A DNA stretch of 64,000 bases from NCBI GenBank assembly GCA_963842085.1, contig CAWJET010000002.1, positions 800,001 through 864,000 of the forward strand, in the 5' to 3' direction. This DNA is from an uncultured delta proteobacterium. Its GTDB lineage: Bacteria; Desulfobacterota; Binatia; Binatales; Binataceae. Positions 1-9,499 of the stretch are shown piece by piece. Each line of letters starts with the position of its first letter. Position 1 is the stretch's first letter. Below the pieces are notes generated by a model. That model had not been told where the DNA came from. It did no database searches and was given only the letters and a program-made list of their open reading frames with translations. The position numbers were made by a program, and so were the translations under genes.

Positions 1-900
1 AGGATCGCACGCCGGCGCCGCGGCGGGTGTGGAACAAGCTCCCAGCTGCAGTTACTCAGGCCGTGCTCGAGCTTGCGCTCAAAGAACCGCAGCTATCGCC
101 GCGGGAGTTGGCGGTCTCGTTCGTCGACCAGCAGCAGTACTTCGTCTCGGAAGCCTCAGTTTATCGGCTGCTGAAGGCGCACGACCTGATCACCAGCCCG
201 GCCTTCATCTTGATGAAGGCAGCCGACAGCTTCGCCCATCCAACCACCGCACCCAATCAACTCTGGCAGACCGACTTTACCTACCTGCGGGTGATCGGCT
301 GGGGCTGGTTCTATCTGTCGACTGTCCTTGATGACTTCTCGCGCTATATCCTGGCCTGGAAGCTGTGTACCACCATGACTGCCACCGATGTCTCCGACAC
401 CCTCGCGATGGCGCTGCGCAACTCCGGGTTGGAGCGCGTCCGCGTCCGGCACCGGCCGCGCCTGCTGAGCGACAACGGACCGTCGTACGTGTCGGCCCAG
501 CTTGGCTCCTGGCTCGCGGAGCATGGCATGATGCATACCCGCGGCAAGCCCTATCACCCGATGACCCAGGGTAAGATCGAACGTTACCATCGTTCGATGA
601 AGAACCAGATCCTGCTCGAGAACTACTACCTGCCCGGTCAGCTCGAAGCGCGCCTGGCCGAGTTCGTCGACTACTACAACTCGCGCCGCTACCACGAAAG
701 TCTCAACAACCTGACCCCGGCCGACGTCTACTTCGGCCGAGGTCCCGCGATTCTGTCACGGAGGAAAAATGCCAAACTGAAAACCATCGAAGCCAGACGC
801 CGGCTGCATCATTCGTTCGCAGCCAAAGGTTCAACTCAGATGGACCAGATCCTCTCTTAATTCCTGTGCCAACTTGTCCAATAGGTTCTGACGACGTACA
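1..900 (+). mobile_element. IS3/IS481-like insertion sequence, right end only
   Basis: Transposase followed by a terminus ending ...TGTCCAATAGGTTCTGACGACGTACA at 900 (TGT...ACA type end). Confidence 0.7.
27..860 (+). CDS. DDE (rve) transposase of IS3/IS481-like element, 5' part outside window
   Basis: WQTDFTY...LDDFSRY, SDNGPSY, GKIERYH DDE motifs; ORF open from window start. Confidence 0.9.
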   Translation: MWNKLPAAVTQAVLELALKEPQLSPRELAVSFVDQQQYFVSEASVYRLLKAHDLITSPAFILMKAADSFAHPTTAPNQLWQTDFTYLRVIGWGWFYLSTVLDDFSRYILAWKLCTTMTATDVSDTLAMALRNSGLERVRVRHRPRLLSDNGPSYVSAQLGSWLAEHGMMHTRGKPYHPMTQGKIERYHRSMKNQILLENYYLPGQLEARLAEFVDYYNSRRYHESLNNLTPADVYFGRGPAILSRRKNAKLKTIEARRRLHHSFAAKGSTQMDQILS

Positions 901-922
901 GGCCATATTCCGGCCATATTCC
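901..922. repeat. 11-bp tandem direct repeat GGCCATATTCC x2
   Basis: Seen directly at 901-911 and 912-922, abutting the IS end. Confidence 0.85.
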
Positions 923-1308
923 TATGTATTTCGACGAATCCACCGCGCGTTAGCGGACATTAACGTTCCCTTCTAGTCAGCCGACGGAAGAGGCTTAGCG
1001 TGAGATTTCTTGGCAACAAGGGCGTCTCCTACGAAGAGCGCGGTGTCGTGAAATGGCGGTGCGAAGGTTGCGGTTCTCGGTTCGATCTTTTAACCGACCG
1101 ATGAGAATACCGCCCAACGAGATTCCGGAATGCCCCGACATCTGCTGGAGGAAACTCGCTGAGGACTAGGGCGTCGCGCCCGACTGGTGAAAACCGGAAA
1201 CGCAGAGGACTCCGGCGGGGGCTCAGATCAACCGCCAGAGACCTTTGATTCCCTTGTGTGTCGCAGCAGTCCGGCTCGCGCGCTTAGAAGAATTCGCCTG
1301 GGAATCGC

Positions 1309-1812
1309 TCAGCCCAAATCTGACGGGCTGTAAACGGTGAGTTCCGGAATGATGTCAAAATCAGCGTCGCGAGTAGCGAGCGATCGGATGTCACGCTCAA
1401 AGCATGCCGCTGCAATGAGCGAGTCGTTCGTCAGAAGACCGTGTTCGGATCTGATTCGCTGCGCAGCACGATGGCGCGCCTCGTTGGAGGCGAGGACGAC
1501 CAAGTTCCACTGGAAGATCCGAGCCGTCAGTTCCCAATACTTGCGCAATCCTCGAATGGCGTCGTGCTTCGATTTCAGCGCAGATGCTGCCGGTCTGCTG
1601 ATCAGGCCCAGGTCCATAGCTTCTTTGACCATCAGCCGATGACAGACCTCGCCGACCACCTCGGTCGTCGTCACACCTGCGACCTCTTCCTTCCGGCAAC
1701 GCTCTATCAGGTCCGCGCACTGGCCCGACTCCCCCAATAGACCGTAGATGAAGATGTTAGCATCAACGAAAACGAGGGTCCCGCCGGGCAGTGCGGGCAG
1801 CGGGCGAGGCAT
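1309..1812 (-). CDS. vapC: PIN-domain (VapC-like) toxin
   Basis: FVDANIFIY, TTTEVVGE, TNDSLIAA, ATRDADF acidic PIN motifs. Confidence 0.85.
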   Translation of the reverse strand: MPRPLPALPGGTLVFVDANIFIYGLLGESGQCADLIERCRKEEVAGVTTTEVVGEVCHRLMVKEAMDLGLISRPAASALKSKHDAIRGLRKYWELTARIFQWNLVVLASNEARHRAAQRIRSEHGLLTNDSLIAAACFERDIRSLATRDADFDIIPELTVYSPSDLG

Positions 1813-2082
1813 CTAAAGATATTCGAGGTCCGGATCTTCTGCGATCCACTTGAGGGTCTCGGGGTCGAGCTTCTTAAAAGTCGAAGCAATCTCGATCGCT
1901 TCCTTCCAGGCCTGCTCGGCGCGCGCGATACGCTGAGCACGGCCCTTGGCGGGCCAATGCTTGCGAATGAACGCCGCTACCTTTGGGCTCGTCTCCTTCA
2001 TCGATGAATCGGAGACCTTCGCCACCCGATTCGCGGACTTGGCCCCTGGAGAAGATGAGCGTTTTGCACGCGCTCCACTCAT
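1813..2082 (-). CDS. putative antitoxin of the PIN toxin
   Basis: Small ORF whose stop abuts the toxin ATG; basic N-terminus, acidic C-terminus (WIAEDPDLEYL); start uncertain. Confidence 0.55.
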   Translation of the reverse strand: MSGARAKRSSSPGAKSANRVAKVSDSSMKETSPKVAAFIRKHWPAKGRAQRIARAEQAWKEAIEIASTFKKLDPETLKWIAEDPDLEYL

Positions 2083-2363
2083 GTTTACCAATCTACCACT
2101 CAACCGCGGCGAGAGCGACGACCGCGAGCGGGCCCTTGTACCGACGGAGCTCGCCCGAAAACACAGCACGGCGCCGAACTTGAACAGTTCCCCGCCTTCG
2201 AGCGGATGACCTCAGCACATTCCTCAACACCCGATTTGCCAACACGACTCGAAACAACGCCCAAACTCGCGGATTTCATGCGCTAACAAATGCGCATTTG
2301 CGCCTACGCCTCGCTTCGCCTACTCTGTAGACTTCCCGAATGGTGAGGGAATTGGGGTAAGGG

Positions 2364-5029
2364 GTGGGAGCAGCAGTCGCTTCAAACAGAGGTTCGGACC
2401 GTACACTTCCTCAACCGGGCGACATCGTGAGGGTCCGCACCCGACGATACCTCGTGGAATCGGTCGAGCCAGGCTCGGATCCGATCGTCGCCTCCGTCTG
2501 TTTGGACGACGACGCTCAAGGCGACCCGCTCGAAGTCGTATGGAACCTCGAGCTCGACACCGAAATTCTGGGCAAAGACGTATGGAAGTCGATCGGTCGA
2601 AAGGGATTCGACAGCAGGCGCTATTTCGCCGCGTACGTTCACACGCTTCGATGGAACTGCGTCACGGCAACCGACCCTCGACTCTTTCAAGCGCCTTTCC
2701 GAGCCGGCATTCGCCTCGACGCCTATCAGTTGGAGCCTTTGCGCAAGTCACTGCTGCTCCCGCGCGTTAATATTTTTATCGCCGACGACGTTGGCCTAGG
2801 AAAAACCATCGAAGCCGGACTTATTGCCAGCGAACTTCTTCTGCGCCGGCGCGTTCGAGAAATCGTGGTTGCATGTCCGCCCACGATGCTGCCGCAGTGG
2901 AAGGACGAGATGGAAGCACGATTCGGCCTCACCTTCCAAATCCTCGATCGCAACTACATTGACCAAGTCCGCCAGCAGTACGGTTTTGCTGTCAATCGGT
3001 GGACGACCTTCCCTCGTTTTCTTGTTTCGCACAATCTGCTCATTGACGAAGCATACGCAGGGCCGCTCTGCGCATGGCTCGAAAACTTTCGAGCGGGCAC
3101 CTTGTTGATTCTGGACGAGGCGCATCATGCCGCTCCATCCAGCGGCGCCCGTTACGCGATCGACTCACGAATCACCCGCGCGATACGAGATATCGCGCCA
3201 CGTTTTGAACATCGGCTGTTTCTCTCTGCGACTCCTCACAACGGTCACTCGAACAGCTTCAGCGCATTGCTCGAAATCCTTGATTCTTATCGCTTCACGC
3301 GAGGTGTCCCGATTCTCAAGGGTCAGCTTGACCAGATGATGGTGCGGCGGCTCAAAGAAGACATTCGTCGTCTCGAGGGCGGATTTCCCGAGAGAATCGT
3401 CAAACAGGTCGGTATCGACGGACTGCCTACCGATGCACCCGAACTGCGACTCGCCAAGCTCCTGAGCGATTATGCGGATGTTCGAAGCGTCCGCACCGCG
3501 GGCGCAACCAGGAAGAAACAGGCCGAGGCGAAGCTGCTGATATCGGGACTTCAACAACGCCTGCTCTCATCGATTGAGGCCTTCGCGAAGACTCTGAAGG
3601 TTCATCGCCGCACCATCGAGAAACTCCGGGCAGCGGAGAGCCCCACCAAAACCCAGTCTGAGATCGACCCGCAGCTCATCCTCGGCAACTTTGATTCCGA
3701 CGATGAGCGCAGTCAGTTGCCCGAAGAGGAGCAAGAGAAGCTTCAGGACGCTGCCGTCGAGGCCGCCACCGAAAATACACGCGGAGATTCCGCGAAGGCT
3801 GACCTGCGAACCGAGCAGCAATTGCTCAACGAAATGGAGCAGGTCGCCGAAGCAGCCCGCGGTTTGCCAGATGCCAGAGTCCTCAAATTGATCGAATGGA
3901 TTAAATCCAACATGTGCGCCGGTGTGAGAGTGCCTGGGCAGCCGTCTCTGCAACCCAACGCCCCTTGGTCGGACTCGCGATTGCTCATATTTACGGAATA
4001 CGAAGACACACGGCGCTACATCGTCGCGATGCTTCGGGCGGCCGTGTCGGAAACACAGAATGCCGAAGAGCGCGTGAAGGTTTTTTCCGGCACCACAGCT
4101 GCGAGGGATCGCGAAGCGATCAAGCTCGCCTTTAATTCATCGCCCTCTGAGAATCCATTGCGGATTCTCGTTGCAACCGATGCCGCGCGCGAAGGCATCA
4201 ATCTTCAGGCTCACTGGTCGAACTTGTTTCACTTCGATCTGCCGTGGAATCCAAGCCGTATCGAGCAACGCAACGGACGTATCGATCGTAAGCTTCAACC
4301 CGCGGAGAAGGTCTTCTGCCACTACTTCTTCTACAAACAACGCGATGAAGATCGAATCTTAAAAGCCCTTTGGTCAGGAAGACGGACACCATACGTCGGG
4401 AGCTCGGTAGTCTCGCCGAGGTGCTCGAAGAACGGCTGCACCAAGCGGTCAAATTTTGAATTTCAAGGCGCGAGATCGACCAGAAAGTGCGCGATATTGA
4501 AAATGCCGGTCTCGAACCCGAGAAACGCGTGACGGCGGACGAAGAACTCGAATCGGCAAGGACACGACAGGACGCACTACTGGGCGAAATCGAAAGGCTC
4601 CAGGACCGACTCGAAAAAGCTAAAGAGTGGATCGCGCTGGACAACGATGCTCTCCGCGATGCGATATCGTGCTCGCTGGAGATGCTGAATGCCGAGCCTT
4701 TGAAACCGGCCGAGGCCAAGGGACAGGCCCGATTCGAGTTTCCGAATCTTGAAGCCAGGCATGGTGCAGACCCCACTTGGTCGACCACGCTCGACAATCT
4801 TCGCAAGCCCCCCAAAGATGGAAAGCGCGACTTCGAGTGGCGCAAGAACTCACCGATCCGGCCAGTAGTTTTCAACGCGCCACTCGGCATTGACGACGAT
4901 GTCGTTCAGCTTCATCTCCAACATCGAGTCGTTCAACGCCTTCTGGGCAGATTTCTCTCGCAAGGATTCGTAATCGACGCGGAAATCGAAGAAATTCCCT
5001 GTATTTTTCCTGATGATCAGGGAATTTGA
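2364..5029 (+). pseudogene. drmD: DISARM SNF2-like helicase DrmD, frameshifted, nonsense-interrupted and 3'-truncated
   Basis: N-terminal ...LDDDAQG...TLRWNCVTATDPRLFQAPFRAGI signature, ADDVGLGKT, DEAHH, SAT, EQRNGRIDR; frameshift at ~4365-4372, in-frame TGA at 4457-4459, homology appears to end after RFLSQGFV (~4970). Confidence 0.85.
4992..5027. repeat. 10-bp perfect inverted repeat AAATTCCCTG-N16-CAGGGAATTT at the drmD breakpoint
   Basis: Seen directly; followed by a GCAGT-N9-ACTGC hairpin. Confidence 0.75.
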
Positions 5030-5233
5030 CGCTGGAGAGCAGTTCGCATCAGACTGCGTCATCCCGCAGCCAGTCATAACAAAACGCGTTATCTCCCGGA
5101 TCTGGTCGCGAACCGAGACGAATCAAGTTTTGAGAAACGGCAAGCGTTCGCGCGGGTCTAGACCCGCGCAGCGTGCGCAAACACCCGCCATCTGTTATGG
5201 TCTGCGACGAACTTGTTCCGGAGGTAAACAGCT

Positions 5234-5527
5234 ATGGCAACATTCATGGTTCTGGCCCGCTACACGCATCAGGGTGTCGAGCACGTGAAGGCCTCGCCCG
5301 AACGACTCGAGGCGGTCAAGAAGGCTTTCCACACCAAGGGCGCGGAGGTGAAGGCCTTCTATACCTTGATGGGTGAGTACGATTCCCTCCTGATTGTGGA
5401 GGCCCCGTCGGACGAGATCATGGCGCAACTTGCGCTCGGAGTGGAAAGCAAAGGCAACGTGCGCACCGAGACCCATCGCGCCTTCAGCGAAGCCGAGTTC
5501 CGCAAGATCGTAGCGGGAATGTCTTAG
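5234..5527 (+). CDS. GYD domain-containing protein
   Basis: 97 aa, FYTLMGEYD motif, good GGAGG RBS. Confidence 0.85.
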   Translation: MATFMVLARYTHQGVEHVKASPERLEAVKKAFHTKGAEVKAFYTLMGEYDSLLIVEAPSDEIMAQLALGVESKGNVRTETHRAFSEAEFRKIVAGMS

Positions 5528-5699
5528 GCCCTGCCACACAGGCGATGGCGCAGCGCCGCGGCCAGTTCTCATCTTGTCGGTGAGTTCTCGACGAGAGTCG
5601 CCATGTTCTCCACGCTGGCTTTGGTTGCGGTGGGGGGCGCAATCGTGGAGAATGCTCAACTTTTGCTGGAACACCTGCTGCGCTTTCTAACTCAGGACA

Positions 5700-5800
5700 C
5701 TAGCGCGGGCGGATAGTCCAGCCGCGGCCCGAGCAGATCACCTCGCCCGCCTGGTTGTAAAAGACGTTGTCATGGACCACGAACAGGCGTTCCCACTGTC
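5700..5800 (-). pseudogene. C-terminal remnant of a hotdog-fold (MaoC-like) dehydratase
   Basis: Manual translation ...WERLFVVHDNVFYNQAGEVICSGRGWTIRPR*; no matching upstream part. Confidence 0.4.
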
Positions 5801-6086
5801 CGCCATTTGTCGGTCGCGCGCCCGTCTGCTAAATCGTTCTCGATATGAACCCCCGCCACGCCGCCGCGCTCGCGCTTGTGGGCTGATAAAAGAAAGGCAC
5901 GCGGGGGCTTCACCATGAGGGCATGTGGCCGAGCGTGCCATCGGCTACCCCTGGGGGGGAGTGCGAAGCCGACCATCTTCATTTAGTAGCCGCACGCAAT
6001 TATCGCTACCCACGGCGCGTTCCGAGCGGAACGATTCCGAACTTTCGCATCACGCTTATCCACAGCAAAGGAAGTTAAGCCACCCC

Positions 6087-7300
6087 TGTGCTCCGCAATA
6101 ATGATCGGTACTCAGGCAGCACGAGCGACGACACTGTACTCGTGGTGAATTCCGTTTAGGACTGGGCGAGCGACAATTGAAACTGGCCGGTCGAAATGGT
6201 GTCGGTGGCGTTGCAGGAGCGGGAAGGCTGCATGTGGACCGGGAACACCCGGTCCCAAGGAGGAATGTGGTCTGCCTTGGTTGTAGTGGGCCATCCAAGA
6301 CACCAGAGTTTTCCTCAAATGCCCTTCGCTCAGCGGAATGATCCAATCGAGGCACTCCCGCCGCAGAGTCCCGATCAGCCGTTCACAAAGCGAGTTCGCC
6401 CGCGGACTATGCACCGGCGTGGTGATCACCTTGAGGCCTAGGTGCGTCAGCGAAGCATTCAATTCGGCCGAAAAGATCCTGTCGTGGTCATGAATGATGA
6501 AGCGATACTCGTGGTCGGACGGGATAGCTTCTCGCAATTGCTGAAGCGTCCAGGCGGCGGTGGGATGAGCGGTGGCATTTAAGTGAATCAATCGACGCGA
6601 GGCATGCTCCATAGCCACAAATACGTAGAGGATTCGAAAGGTGGCGGTCACCGCGACGCAGAAGTCACACGCGATGATTCCCCGAGCGTGATTCCTTAGA
6701 AAAGTCGCCCACCGCTGGTCGCCACGCGGTCCTCCGGGCGGCGCCGCCGGCAACTTCTGCACGTACTTTCTGATTGTCCGCGGCGACACGCGCAGACCGA
6801 GCTTGAGCAGCAGTTCGTTTGCGATGCGCTCCTCGCCCCACGAGGGGTTCTCGCGCGCCATTTTGCGAATCAGATGTTGAAGTTCGAGAGGGGTTGGCCG
6901 TCGGCCAGCTTCGGACTGCCAGCGCCAGAAGAGGCGGAAGCCCTTGCGGTGCCAGGCAACCAAGGTCTTGGGCCTCACGACGACCAACGCGTTGCGCCAA
7001 TCGAACCAGCGGCTGAGCAGCACGAGCGTCAGGCGGGTCGGATTGTCGGCACGTCGGGGCTTGACCTTGCGCTCTTGATAAAAGGCGAGCTGCTTGCGCA
7101 GGAACAGATTCTCGGCCGCTAGCGAGGTTCTGGAGCGCAAGCCGAGACACAGAAAGTGAACTAGATCATACACGACCCTTAGCCAACTCAGCCCTGCGCC
7201 CACCATGCAACCGGCCCTCTTTCGTCAACGGATGTCTCCGTAAAATCCCTAAGAACTATGCGCGTTTCAAACCAGAGCGAAATGATTTTTGCGGACCACA
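6087..7300 (-). mobile_element. IS481-like element (1214 bp)
   Basis: Terminal IRs TGTGCTCCGCAATAATGATC / TGTGGTCCGCAAAAATCATT (16/20 match), TGT...ACA ends, single rve transposase; no target duplication visible. Confidence 0.75.
6112..7206 (-). CDS. integrase core (rve) transposase
   Basis: ACDF...HDHDRIF...ERLIGTLRRECLD, YNQGRPHSSL. Confidence 0.88.
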   Translation of the reverse strand: MVGAGLSWLRVVYDLVHFLCLGLRSRTSLAAENLFLRKQLAFYQERKVKPRRADNPTRLTLVLLSRWFDWRNALVVVRPKTLVAWHRKGFRLFWRWQSEAGRRPTPLELQHLIRKMARENPSWGEERIANELLLKLGLRVSPRTIRKYVQKLPAAPPGGPRGDQRWATFLRNHARGIIACDFCVAVTATFRILYVFVAMEHASRRLIHLNATAHPTAAWTLQQLREAIPSDHEYRFIIHDHDRIFSAELNASLTHLGLKVITTPVHSPRANSLCERLIGTLRRECLDWIIPLSEGHLRKTLVSWMAHYNQGRPHSSLGPGVPGPHAAFPLLQRHRHHFDRPVSIVARPVLNGIHHEYSVVARAA

Positions 7301-7764
7301 AGATCCCAATCCCGAATAGATCTGACAAGTTACCACCGTTCAGTTGCTCAGCGTTGGCGATAACGACGCGTTCTTCCCGACTAACGCTAAATCTCACGCG
7401 ACCGGCTTCGGTCTCAGGAAATCTGCCCGCAGCTAAAGTGTCCGTCTCGATCGGAGCGTGAGCAACTCGACTTTACGATCACCAAAAAACCAGCGCTGCC
7501 GCCCCATATGCCGCGACGCCGGTTCGAAGACTGTGCGCCAGCGGTGCCGCAGTTGTTGCAACGACCGTCAGCCGGTCGGCTCCACGACGTAATTCCATGG
7601 GCTACTGATGGCCAATTAGACGCGACCCGCATGCTTGGCAGTTCGTGATTTCGCCGACCTCGTCACCAACGACGCCGGCACACGCGGTGAAATCCAACGC
7701 TGCGCGCGAAGACGAGCCGCAGCGATTCTGAGTGGCGGATGGGCGCACATCATGATAAGCCGTC

Positions 7765-8595
7765 GTGATGCGATTTTCCATGCGACTCCTGCACTTAGAG
7801 ATAGCCACCGGCCTAATAATTGTTCTCGCCGCGAAGCTGTGGTGCGGCTCGATGGCGTGGGCTTATCCGGGCGGGCCGTTGCAGGATGTTACCGACGCAG
7901 CACCGTACTGTGCCGGCTGTCATTCTTCGACCGACGCTAATCAGCTGCGCGACATGCAGGGGCCGCGGAAGCAGCAGATGCTTGCCGCCAGCCACATTTC
8001 CGCGATCAAGGCCGGCCAGGGCAACTATTCGAAACTTACTCTCGAGCAGCGAAACCAACTCGCCGCCGACGTTGAGAAGGTTGATGACAACGCCAAGGTC
8101 TCCATCGACGTTCCTGCGGTCGTGAGTCGCGGAGCGGATTTCGCGGCCCGCGTCGAAGCGCAAGGCGGCTCCGGACCAGTGGTTGGGCTAATGCTGCTGG
8201 ATGGGGACCTGCGCAACCAGTCGCGGGCCATCGAGGCCGAAGGTTTTACGATCGTTGGAGCGCCGGGAGTCATTGGCCCCGACGGAAAGCCGCAAGAGCA
8301 GTGGGAGGCTCGCCGCTACGACGATCTCGCGCGCAATTTGAATTTCCTAGTGGTGTTCGCAGTCAAGGCTGATCTTGCAACGAATCAGTTCTCGACCTCG
8401 AAGGTTACCTACAATTTGACCGCGCCGTCGAAGCCCGGAAGGTACACGATGTGCGCAGCATTTCTGTACGGGACCGAGAAAGCATCGCCGATCGGACGCG
8501 TCGAAATGCACGGACAAATCCTGCCCCTGGGCGGCTACGCTGGTGCTTCGGGTCGAATAAGATTTTCCGAACTGAAGACGATCGAAGTGCGTTAA
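7765..8595 (+). CDS. exported monoheme c-type cytochrome-like protein
   Basis: Signal-peptide-like segment ending AWA-YPGG, single CAGCH (CxxCH) motif; start uncertain. Confidence 0.6.
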   Translation: MMRFSMRLLHLEIATGLIIVLAAKLWCGSMAWAYPGGPLQDVTDAAPYCAGCHSSTDANQLRDMQGPRKQQMLAASHISAIKAGQGNYSKLTLEQRNQLAADVEKVDDNAKVSIDVPAVVSRGADFAARVEAQGGSGPVVGLMLLDGDLRNQSRAIEAEGFTIVGAPGVIGPDGKPQEQWEARRYDDLARNLNFLVVFAVKADLATNQFSTSKVTYNLTAPSKPGRYTMCAAFLYGTEKASPIGRVEMHGQILPLGGYAGASGRIRFSELKTIEVR

Positions 8596-8768
8596 TCCAA
8601 CCGCCACCTCCACATGATCGCGTCTAAATCGAAGGCACGCCGTACCACGGTTGAATCGGGTGCGTCGTCACTCAAGCCCGCCTCTTCCGCAGTGAACACT
8701 CGTTTTCGCGGGAAGCAGTCTTTGGCTTTTTGCACGTCCCAGTCCAGAAGGAATTTGTAGCCCTGCAT
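8592..8768 (-). pseudogene. truncated PIN-like (DUF5615/Mut7-C-like) toxin remnant, 58 aa
   Basis: Manual translation MQGYKFLLDWDVQK...AEEAGLSDDAPDSTVVRRAFDLDAIM resembles the N-terminal half of PIN-like toxins. Confidence 0.35.
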
Positions 8769-8871
8769 CTCAGGTTCGCTTCAGAGTAGTCGTGTGACCT
8801 TGAGGCCGTTGCTGAGCATCCAGACCTGCTCGATCCTGTCCGGCCTCGCTAATTGAGCAAGCGCTTGCTCG

Positions 8872-9378
8872 ATGACCCGAACTCCGTGGGCGGATGCGAT
8901 GGCCGGCGATCTCAAGGGCGGCATCGCCCGGATGCGAGAGGGAGGAATGATGGCTTTTGGGGTAAAGGAGGATCAGGTCTCATCACCCCCGATTGCCGCC
9001 GTCCTCGGCCTGATGGGACGGTTCGAGGAGGGTCTTCGCATCATCGACAAGTCATCCTCGACCATCGAGCGGACCGGCCAGCGAATACATGAGGCGGAGG
9101 TATATCGCGTGAAGGGCGAACTGCTGCTGATGCAGGACGCCTCGAATGCCGCGCCCGCCGAGCAATGCTTCCGCACCGCGATCGAGGTTTCGCTACGCCA
9201 GAAGGCGAAGTCATGGGAGCTGCGCGCGGCGACGAGTCTGGCGCGCCTGCTAGACCAGCAAGGCAAGCGCGACGAAGCCCGCGCGATGCTCGCTGGCATC
9301 TACAACTGGTTCACCGAAGGCTTCGACACCGCCGACTTGAAGGACGCCAAGGCCCTGCTCGATGAGTTGAACGACTAA
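8872..9378 (+). pseudogene. C-terminal TPR-like tail of a cyclase/STAND ATPase protein (fragment)
   Basis: EAEVYRVKGELLL...AKSWELRAATSLARL...WFTEGFDTADL is the typical tail of cyclase-AAA proteins; N-terminal domains missing. Confidence 0.75.
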
Positions 9379-9499
9379 ATGTCTTGTGCGCACTGTCGGC
9401 GCGGCCCAGCCGTAGGTTGCATTAGCTCGGACTGTTGGTAGTTTGAGCGGGTAGTAAATGTCGGGCGGCGAAACGCGAGCCGCCCGCTTCTGATCTGTA

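Noticed and set aside
1050-1100. TGGCGG... and CTTTTAA resembling tRNA pieces
   Set aside because: No stems or cloverleaf can be built; likely chance
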